A DNA stretch of 10,495 nt from an uncultured bacterium (GCA_964510165.1 CAZEBC010000144.1:1-10495), one strand, 5' to 3'; shown: positions 1 to 6,008, counted from the stretch's first letter. Notes: a model not told the origin generated them from the letters alone. Numbers and translations: made by a program.

Positions 1-95
1 ATGTCAGGATACAGGAGAATGCTCGCATATCCGAGTTAATTGTTTTGCAGCATTAGTGAGAGTTGTGGCGAGAAGTTTTGGGCTGGCTCGATAGC

Positions 96-134
96 ATGAA
101 GAGGGCGACCCTTCGAGCGGGTCGCCCTCTTCAT
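96..134 (-). terminator. Perfect 16-bp stem hairpin just downstream of the SDR/microprotein unit; likely terminator or 3' stabilising stem
   Basis: ATGAAGAGGGCGACCC (96-111), 7-nt loop, GGGTCGCCCTCTTCAT (119-134); 9 nt past the stop at 144. No clear U-tract on either strand. Confidence 0.65.
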
Positions 135-143
135 CCACCGAGA

Positions 144-323
144 TTAGTTGCGGGACGGTTGCAGCGTGCCGCAGTGGATGCATCGGTCGGTATTGAAATC
201 TTTGTCCAACACCATTCCGAAGCGACCGCAATGCTTGCAGCCGCGCGAGAAGTCCTTGATCTCGACCTTCAGACCCGCGATGCTGAAGCTCTCGACTTTT
301 TCTTCTTTTTCTTGTTCGGCCAT
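144..323 (-). CDS. 59-aa zinc-ribbon-like microprotein (CxxC-x15-CxxC), not in the supplied ORF track
   Basis: Manual translation MAEQEKEEKVESFSIAGLKVEIKDFSRGCKHCGRFGMVLDKDFNTDRCIHCGTLQPSRN*. SD-like AAAGGTGG upstream; starts 39 nt after the SDR stop on the same strand; followed by a strong hairpin. Confidence 0.8.
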   Translation of the reverse strand: MAEQEKEEKVESFSIAGLKVEIKDFSRGCKHCGRFGMVLDKDFNTDRCIHCGTLQPSRN

Positions 324-362
324 TACATCAAACCACCTTTCTCATGTAGAGGGATTATTGAA

Positions 363-1160
363 CTACAGGCCAACTCCGGAATCAACTTCCACGAGCTGGC
401 CGTTAATTCCGTCGGCCTGCGGAATCGCAAGAGCGAAAATGGCGCCTGCGGCCTCTTCGGGGGTCAGGATGCGTCCACCGCGCATCATGATGAATTGCTC
501 GCCCATCATGCGGGCTTGTTCCGGGATGCCAATATGGGCGCCGAGGATTTCGTCGCCCTTGGTTGCCTGGGTGAGCCGAGTTTCCACGAAGCCGTACGCG
601 ACGCAGTTGCAGTTGACTTTCAGTCGGAGCCACTCTTTGGTCAGGGCGCGCATCAGGCCTATGACGCCGCTCTTGGCCGCCGCGTAGTTGGTCTGGCCGG
701 CATTGCCACGGCTGCCGGCTTCGGACGCGACGAATATGACGCGCCTGTATTTTCCGTCCTGGCTCAGCTCTTTGAAGTGGGGATAGGCCAGCTTGCAGAG
801 CATCCAGGGAGCTTCCATATGGATTCGCTCCATGAGGCGGAAGTCCTCGAGTTCCATCTTCTGAATCACCTTGTCATTGCAAAAGCCGGCGCTGGGGACG
901 AGGATGTCGAGGCCTTTGAAGTTGTCAAGAGCGGCCTTGATCAATTGCTCGTTCGTTGCCTGCTCCATCACGTTGCCTGCGACGGCGACCGCCTTGCCGC
1001 CCGCCTTGTTTATGGCGCTGACGACTTCTTCGGCGGGACCCTTATCGAGATCAGAGACAACTACGCTGGCGCCTTGGGCTGCGAATATCTTGGCCGCGGC
1101 CGCCCCGATTCCACGTCCCGCTCCCGTAATTATGGCTACCTTACCATCGAGCAAACCCAT
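363..1160 (-). CDS. Classical short-chain dehydrogenase/reductase (FabG / 3-hydroxyacyl-CoA dehydrogenase-like), probably NAD(H)-preferring
   Basis: TGAGRGIG Rossmann motif, acidic residue after beta2 (VSDLD), catalytic Ser (ASEAG) and YxxxK (GQTNYAAAK), GQLVEVDSG C-terminal motif; SD GAGGAGG upstream. Confidence 0.93.
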   Translation of the reverse strand: MGLLDGKVAIITGAGRGIGAAAAKIFAAQGASVVVSDLDKGPAEEVVSAINKAGGKAVAVAGNVMEQATNEQLIKAALDNFKGLDILVPSAGFCNDKVIQKMELEDFRLMERIHMEAPWMLCKLAYPHFKELSQDGKYRRVIFVASEAGSRGNAGQTNYAAAKSGVIGLMRALTKEWLRLKVNCNCVAYGFVETRLTQATKGDEILGAHIGIPEQARMMGEQFIMMRGGRILTPEEAAGAIFALAIPQADGINGQLVEVDSGVGL

Positions 1161-1277
1161 ATCCTCTGCCTCCTCTTGTTTGAGATGACTGTTGGAAATT
1201 TCCGGAACAGGTATTGGGAAATCCGCCGCGAAGATTTGTGGGGGTTCCGCGGGGATTCCTCATAAAAAAGCTATGTT

Positions 1278-1305
1278 ATTGTACCATATTTTCTTCAAAT
1301 TGCAA
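1278..1305 (-). promoter_or_regulatory. Sigma70-type promoter for the SDR unit
   Basis: Minus strand TTGCAA (1305-1300), 16 nt, TACAAT (1283-1278), preceded by TGG (extended -10). Confidence 0.6.
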
Positions 1306-1391
1306 CATTTATTTGTCGGCATGAGTCCGAGGGTCTCGAGACGGGACACAAGAGCAGACTGACAGCAAACGGCCGGCCTCATAACGGAGCT

Positions 1392-1844
1392 TCAACCGAA
1401 AAACTTATCGAAATATTCCTTCTTGGAGAGGAGATTGAGATCGATCTTGAGGAAGTCTTCAGCTTCTTCCTTCGTGATAGGGGATGCTTCGGGATTTCTG
1501 ACGGAAGGAGACACTTCGCAATGAACCTGCCGCTCACATTGGCCGCTTTCTTCCGCTATTCGGTCCTCGGCCTGCCGTATGATGCGCTCTAGTCCCACCT
1601 CTTCCAGGGGCTTCTCATGCGTATTAATGTATTCCATGATTATGCGAGCGAGCGATTGTATTTTTTCCCCGAAGTTTTCTTTTCCAAACACTTCCCGCCG
1701 TAATCCTATTACTTTAGTTTCATACAGGGCCACGGGTTCTCCGCATATCGGACATGGTCCCATCAGGATAGTCCCGGGCAGGGGAGCGGCTATATATCCA
1801 CTGGATTTGCAGTACGGACATGTTACGCGAATCATCTGGGACAT
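1392..1844 (-). CDS. Hypothetical protein with N-terminal zinc ribbon (CPYC-x18-CPIC), about 150 aa
   Basis: Open frame with two CPxC motifs. SD AAGGAGG lies just upstream of ATG 1844 (ATG 1835 is an alternative), favouring these over the track's 1871 start; own promoter upstream. Confidence 0.8.
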   Translation of the reverse strand: MSQMIRVTCPYCKSSGYIAAPLPGTILMGPCPICGEPVALYETKVIGLRREVFGKENFGEKIQSLARIIMEYINTHEKPLEEVGLERIIRQAEDRIAEESGQCERQVHCEVSPSVRNPEASPITKEEAEDFLKIDLNLLSKKEYFDKFFG

Positions 1845-1895
1845 GCAGCCTCCTTGAGGGCAAATCACCAAGGTCTAGACGGTGTCAACATCCTT

Positions 1896-1924
1896 AGTAT
1901 AACACAAAAGGATGCTTGCTTCAA
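1896..1924 (-). promoter_or_regulatory. Sigma70-type promoter for the zinc-ribbon hypothetical gene
   Basis: Minus strand TTGAAG (1924-1919), 17 nt, TATACT (1901-1896), preceded by TGT (extended -10). Confidence 0.7.
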
Positions 1925-1940
1925 TGGGCTGAATGCGGGC

Positions 1941-1982
1941 AGGGCATTGCCGGTTGGGGGGATGGGAATCCGGCAATGCCCT
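1941..1982. terminator. Strong GC-rich hairpin (13-bp perfect stem, 16-nt loop); possible terminator of the tetR/small-ORF transcript or part of a structured RNA
   Basis: AGGGCATTGCCGG (1941-1953) pairs with CCGGCAATGCCCT (1970-1982). Lies just upstream of the next minus-strand promoter; no canonical U-tract. Confidence 0.5.
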
Positions 1983-2036
1983 TGTCATTTGCGTCGTTCG
2001 TGGCCGCACGAAGGGCTAGATCGTGCGTTACCCGCA

Positions 2037-2156
2037 TCATGTAACTCTCGCCTCCGCTAGAGGCGGAACGTATGTTTGGTACCTTTCCTCATCAGGCATG
2101 GTGAGCGCGGTATACGAGTTTCGTCCCTTCGAGATTCGAGAAGACGAGATTGTCAT
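2037..2156 (-). CDS. Possible 39-aa small protein
   Basis: MTISSSRISKGRNSYTALTMPDEERYQTYVPPLAEARVT*; SD GGAGGT 9 nt upstream; starts 22 nt after the stop of the 54-aa ORF. No recognisable motif. Confidence 0.3.
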   Translation of the reverse strand: MTISSSRISKGRNSYTALTMPDEERYQTYVPPLAEARVT

Positions 2157-2178
2157 CCGTGGGAGACCTCCAAAGCTC

Positions 2179-2343
2179 TCATTGCCGACTTGACGTGGAA
2201 GCTGGCGCTTTCTCCGTACGTTTCTTCGCTGGGAAAACGATTTCCTTCTTCAAGCTGTCAATGAGCCTTTCCAGTTCCTTCTGTTGCTCGACATCAAGAT
2301 TTATGGGGTTCAAAGAGTTATCATCGGTGTCCGGATTGTTCAT
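2179..2343 (-). CDS. Hypothetical 54-aa small protein downstream of tetR
   Basis: MNNPDTDDNSLNPINLDVEQQKELERLIDSLKKEIVFPAKKRTEKAPASTSSRQ*; SD GAGGT 7 nt upstream of ATG 2343; amphipathic-looking helix QKELERLIDSLKKEI. The track's longer start (2478) overlaps tetR and the operator-like site. Confidence 0.55.
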   Translation of the reverse strand: MNNPDTDDNSLNPINLDVEQQKELERLIDSLKKEIVFPAKKRTEKAPASTSSRQ

Positions 2344-2387
2344 TGTTTTGACCTCGCTTGCAGCCAGAGATTCAGACGGTTGCCTCA

Positions 2388-2405
2388 AAACCGACCAGTT
2401 GGTTT
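2388..2405. promoter_or_regulatory. Putative TetR operator, copy 2 (downstream of tetR)
   Basis: AAACCGACCAGTTGGTTT, 17/18 identical to the palindrome at 3054-3071; overlaps a perfect 14-bp palindrome GGTTTGTACAAACC (2401-2414). Confidence 0.7.
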
Positions 2406-2426
2406 GTACAAACCCAAAAAATTGTT

Positions 2427-3035
2427 CTATGAGGCCACTCCTTCCAGCAAAAGCAACCGCAGATTTCTGAACAGCCACGACAGATCGATGTGTTCCTCGT
2501 CCAAGTGAGCCATCATCGTCGTGCCCTGCAAGGCGCCGATTATCAACAAAGCCAGGGATTGGGGATTCATTGATTCCTTAAAAAGCCCTTCCCGTTTCCC
2601 TTGCTCCAGAATTTCTGTAATGCTGGCCTGCCAATCTCGGTATATTTTTCGCAGACGGTCGGAGAAATGATGCTGGGCTTCCATCATTTCGGCGGTCAAG
2701 ACCGCAAGCAGGGCGCATCCGTGAAAGACATGTCCTTGGTGGGTATCTATCATGATCTCGAACATTCTTTCGATTTTCCTGATGGCGCCCTTTTCCTTGG
2801 CTACTTCCTCAAGAACGTTATGGACCCAGAATTCCCTCATGTAGTCAATGACGGCGTCGCCGAGTTCATCCTTGCTTCGGAAATGGAAATAGAACCCGCC
2901 TTTCGTGAGCCCAGCCGCCTGGAGCACCTCGGTGAGCGAGGTATTGTGAAACCCGTTCTTTCTGAAGAGTTCGGCAGCGACCCTCACGATTCGATTTCGG
3001 GTCAATTTTCCTTTTTCGGGGATTGCTACGGTCAT
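2427..3035 (-). CDS. TetR/AcrR-family transcriptional regulator, NemR/LmrA/YxaF-like
   Basis: N-terminal HTH (AAELFRKNGFHNTSLTEVLQAAGLTKGGFYFHFRSKDEL); C-terminal GCxxxxxxAE motif; SD GGAG upstream. Confidence 0.95.
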   Translation of the reverse strand: MTVAIPEKGKLTRNRIVRVAAELFRKNGFHNTSLTEVLQAAGLTKGGFYFHFRSKDELGDAVIDYMREFWVHNVLEEVAKEKGAIRKIERMFEIMIDTHQGHVFHGCALLAVLTAEMMEAQHHFSDRLRKIYRDWQASITEILEQGKREGLFKESMNPQSLALLIIGALQGTTMMAHLDEEHIDLSWLFRNLRLLLLEGVAS

Positions 3036-3053
3036 ATAAGCAGGCTCCAGTGA

Positions 3054-3071
3054 AAACCGACCAGTCGGTTT
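3054..3071. promoter_or_regulatory. Putative TetR operator, copy 1 (autoregulatory)
   Basis: Perfect inverted repeat AAACCGAC-CA-GTCGGTTT between the tetR -10 box and its SD, i.e. just after the predicted transcription start. Confidence 0.8.
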
Positions 3072-3080
3072 CTTAATTAA

Positions 3081-3109
3081 ATTAAACCATACTTTTCGTG
3101 TTTTGTCAA
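3081..3109 (-). promoter_or_regulatory. Sigma70-type promoter of tetR
   Basis: Minus strand TTGACA (3109-3104), 17 nt, TTTAAT (3086-3081), preceded by TGG. Confidence 0.8.
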
Positions 3110-3261
3110 TACCCCCGGCGAGGAAAAGGCGAAAAAAATTTGGAACAGGGCGAACAGACTTCGGTTTATATCGGAGACACTCTGTTGGGCACTATGTGGA
3201 GTGTGGCTTTGTTTTCGGTTACGTCGCGAGCTGGCGCCTAGGGAAAACGGCCGAGAGCGTG

Positions 3262-3270
3262 TGATATAAT
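3262..3270 (+). promoter_or_regulatory. Extended -10 promoter for the phosphatase/Mut7-C/amrBA operon
   Basis: TGATATAAT, a perfect TGnTATAAT; no recognisable -35 box. Confidence 0.65.
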
Positions 3271-3342
3271 ATGGTGCAATCGGCCGGGCAATGGGGGCGC
3301 CCCGATTGGTTTTTGGCGCCTGGGACACGAGAAGTAGAACTG

Positions 3343-3834
3343 ATGGAATACAAACGAGCGATCCTGAATTTCAGCTTTGTAGTCCCGAATGCGCTGGCGG
3401 GAATGGCGCGCCCTGGCGTAATAGACTTATTAGCCGAAGATCTGCAATTTCTGAAAGGGGAAGGAATCAGGGCGATCGTGTCATTATCCGAGACTCCGCT
3501 TGAGGGGGACGCCGTTCGCCGGAGCGGATTGGAGTATTTACACGTTCCGGTGGATGATTTCACTGCGCCTGATTTGGAGAGTGTGGAGCGATGCATCGAT
3601 TTTGTCGAGAGGATGCTGCTCATAGAGAACAAGCCGGTGGCAATTCACTGTGGGGCGGGTTGCGGTCGCACCGGCACCATGTTGGCCTGTTATTTCGTCA
3701 AACAGGGTAAGACGGCCGAAGAGGCCATAGATCATTTGAGGTCGCTGAGGCCTTGTTCCATAGAGACTGAAGGCCAGAAGGCTTTGGTATACCGATACGA
3801 GGAACATCTGAAGTATCGTTCGTCCACGGATTGA
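3343..3834 (+). CDS. Cys-dependent dual-specificity / protein-tyrosine phosphatase family protein (about 163 aa)
   Basis: P-loop HCGAGCGRTG (CX5R), general-acid loop VPVDDFTAP, N-terminal NFSFV..LAGMARPG, C-terminal RPCSIETEGQ. Start set at ATG 3343 because ATG 3271 directly abuts the -10 box and would lie upstream of the transcription start. Confidence 0.92.
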   Translation: MEYKRAILNFSFVVPNALAGMARPGVIDLLAEDLQFLKGEGIRAIVSLSETPLEGDAVRRSGLEYLHVPVDDFTAPDLESVERCIDFVERMLLIENKPVAIHCGAGCGRTGTMLACYFVKQGKTAEEAIDHLRSLRPCSIETEGQKALVYRYEEHLKYRSSTD

Positions 3835-4328
3835 GATTGAACCGCGATTTGTCCTTTGCAGAGACCAGGACCCCCAGATTTCTTGCCGACAATATGTTGG
3901 GCCGTCTTGCCAAGTGGCTCAGGATTCTCGGATACGACACGGAATATGCATTCGACGCCTCCGACTCCGATCTCATCGCGCAGGCCCAATCGGAGGGCAG
4001 GATTCTGCTGACTCGCGACACTTCGTTGATACGTCGGAAGGAGTGTCGCAACTATATTTTCATCAGGAGCGATCACTGGCGCGAGCAATTGCGGCAGGTT
4101 TATGAAGAGGCAGGGCTCAACTGTGACTCGCTTCTCACAAGATGCGTGGTCTGTAATGCCCGGCTCAAAGCCGTGGATAAGCAATCCGTCGAGTCGGTCG
4201 TTTTTCCGTATGTCTACAAGACTCAGGAGCGGTTTTTCAAATGCGATCATTGTTCCCGCATATTCTGGCCGGCCACGCACGTGAGCCGCATCATTGATGA
4301 GATCAACAACTTGAAGGAGGATTCATGA
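3831..4328 (+). CDS. Mut7-C RNase domain protein (PIN-like fold with C-terminal zinc ribbon)
   Basis: FLADNMLGRLAKWLRILGYDT, EGRILLTRD, TRCVVCN...FFKCDHCSRIFWPATH are characteristic Mut7-C motifs; TTG start overlaps the upstream stop (exact start uncertain). Confidence 0.92.
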   Translation: MRLNRDLSFAETRTPRFLADNMLGRLAKWLRILGYDTEYAFDASDSDLIAQAQSEGRILLTRDTSLIRRKECRNYIFIRSDHWREQLRQVYEEAGLNCDSLLTRCVVCNARLKAVDKQSVESVVFPYVYKTQERFFKCDHCSRIFWPATHVSRIIDEINNLKEDS

Positions 4329-5950
4329 AAGGGATGAGGTTATTCTCGGGCTTGCTAGCCTTGACGGTTGCGCTTCTTGTCGGGTGTGCCCAGCGCGAGA
4401 ACGGGAATGCGACGGCCGAGCCTCAGACGCCGCAGCCGCGAGCGGCTCAACCGCAAGCGACGCAACCCGGCGCAATCGAGACGGAAGCGCCTCCGGAGGT
4501 GATTCGACCCTCGGTCTCGGGGATGTTTTATTCCTCCGATGCAGACACCCTAAGGTCCAACATAAGGCGTTATCTTGAACAGGCAGAGAAACGAGAGATT
4601 GACGGCGAAATCGTGGCGGTTCTTGTTCCGCATGCCGGGTACCAGTATTCGGGCCCTGTGGCGGCCCATGCGTATAAGGCCATCGCGGACGATGTCCGAA
4701 GAAGGAAACCGGAAGAACGACCCGAAGCGGTGGTTGTGCTTGCGTTCAGCCACAGGAGCGACTATGCCGGAGTCTCAGTGTATTACAAGGGGGCGATGGA
4801 AACCCCGCTTGGACGCGCGCATGTGCATGAGCGGATAGCCCGGGAATTGATGGCCAGCGATTCGTGTTTCTCTTTTTCTGAACGTGTTTTTGCGGGCGAG
4901 CATTCGGCAGAAGTGCAGATACCATTTCTTCAGGTGGTTCTGCCCGACGTGCCGCTGGTTCCAGTGGTTTTCGGACGGCAAAACGTTGGCAACATCGAGG
5001 CGGTCTCCAAGGGTTTGACGAAAGTCGCCGAGAAGAATCGAATTGTCCTTGTGGCGACGACAGACCTGTCCCATTTTCATCCGTACGATGCCGCAAATTC
5101 CATGGATTCCGAGATAGTTCAATCAATCTTAAGAGGCAGTCCTCGGGAGATGGCTGCCTTTATTGACCAGAATTATGGACGGATGCATGGGCCGTGCGGG
5201 CCGGGTCCGGTGCTTGCGGTGCTCTCGTATGCCGAGAGTCTGGGGGCGGCGCCAGTGTTATTGAAATACGCGAACTCAGGCGATGTCACGGGAGACAAAG
5301 GGGCGGTTGTCGGATACGCGGCAATTGCGTTCGTGAGGAAGAAGGATAGCGGAGAGAAAGCGGCAAAATCCGCGGTTGAAGAGATCCAGACCGAATCCTT
5401 TTCTCTCAGCGAAGAGGACAAGAAGACACTGCTCAAGCTTGCGCGCATTTCGCTGGAGTCGTTTATAAGGGAGGGCCGTATGGTGGAGATCGCCCCGCCC
5501 TCAAGCAAGGCGCTGACAGAGAATGGGGCGGCCTTTGTCACATTGCACAAGGCCGGGAACTTGCGCGGCTGCATCGGGAGCATGGAGGCGAGAGCGCCGC
5601 TGTACCAGACCGTCATGCGAATGGCGGTTGCGGCTGGCACGGAGGACCCGCGGTTTCCGCCCGTTCGTCCCGAAGAATTGGACGACATTCACATTGAGGT
5701 GTCGGTGAACACGCCGTTGAGAGAAGTGTCGGGCGCGGACGAGGTCATTCTTGGAACGCACGGTGTCGTAGTCGAGAAGGGATTTCGCCGTGGCGTCTTC
5801 TTGCCGCAGGTAGCCACGGAGACGGGCTGGACGAAGGAGGAATTCCTGGGGAATCTCTGTGTTCACAAGGCGGGGCTGCCAGCCGACGCGTACAAGAAGG
5901 ATGCGAAGCTGTATGTGTTTTCATCGATCATCTTTGAAGAGGAGCGGTAG
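4325..5950 (+). CDS. amrB: AmmeMemoRadiSam system protein B (MEMO1-like) fused to protein A (AMMECR1-like), with N-terminal lipoprotein signal peptide
   Basis: MEMO motifs RPSVSGMFY, PHAGYQYSG, EHSAEVQIPFLQ, TDLSHF, CGPGP, NSGD..VVGY; AMMECR1 motifs AFVTL..LRGCIG, DPRFPP, GVFLPQV, KAGL from about 5404; lipobox LVGC (Cys21); SD AAGGAGG; ATGA overlap with the Mut7-C gene. Confidence 0.93.
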   Translation: MKGMRLFSGLLALTVALLVGCAQRENGNATAEPQTPQPRAAQPQATQPGAIETEAPPEVIRPSVSGMFYSSDADTLRSNIRRYLEQAEKREIDGEIVAVLVPHAGYQYSGPVAAHAYKAIADDVRRRKPEERPEAVVVLAFSHRSDYAGVSVYYKGAMETPLGRAHVHERIARELMASDSCFSFSERVFAGEHSAEVQIPFLQVVLPDVPLVPVVFGRQNVGNIEAVSKGLTKVAEKNRIVLVATTDLSHFHPYDAANSMDSEIVQSILRGSPREMAAFIDQNYGRMHGPCGPGPVLAVLSYAESLGAAPVLLKYANSGDVTGDKGAVVGYAAIAFVRKKDSGEKAAKSAVEEIQTESFSLSEEDKKTLLKLARISLESFIREGRMVEIAPPSSKALTENGAAFVTLHKAGNLRGCIGSMEARAPLYQTVMRMAVAAGTEDPRFPPVRPEELDDIHIEVSVNTPLREVSGADEVILGTHGVVVEKGFRRGVFLPQVATETGWTKEEFLGNLCVHKAGLPADAYKKDAKLYVFSSIIFEEER

Positions 5951-6008
5951 CATCTTTGATGCCAAGCTGCGGACCAAAAAATTCTTTTTGAGTTCCCGAA
6001 TTTTTTAG

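Noticed and set aside
63-1265. 400-aa + strand ORF
   Set aside because: Antisense shadow of the SDR and microprotein genes; no motif or SD, and it runs through the terminator hairpin.
2344-2478. N-terminal extension of the 99-aa ORF in the track
   Set aside because: Overlaps the tetR 3' end and both palindromes; a good SD exists only before ATG 2343.
2387-3071. CRISPR array or IS element suggested by the 19-bp repeat pair
   Set aside because: Only two copies 666 bp apart, and no cas, transposase or integrase gene in the window.
3153-3167. AACAGACTTCGGTTT as a third TetR operator
   Set aside because: Half-sites resemble the operator, but spacing is 2 bp shorter and there are mismatches; not supportable without binding data.
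3271-3342. Longer start for the phosphatase
   Set aside because: The ATG directly follows the TATAAT box, so it would be upstream of the transcription start; the extension shows no family features.
5950-5962. GCATC-TTT-GATGC hairpin as terminator of the amr operon
   Set aside because: Only a 5-bp stem with a 3-nt loop and no adjacent U-tract.
2414-5983. CCAAAAAATT repeated at 2414-2423 and 5974-5983
   Set aside because: Low-complexity A-tract in intergenic DNA, in opposite orientation relative to the local genes; plausibly chance.
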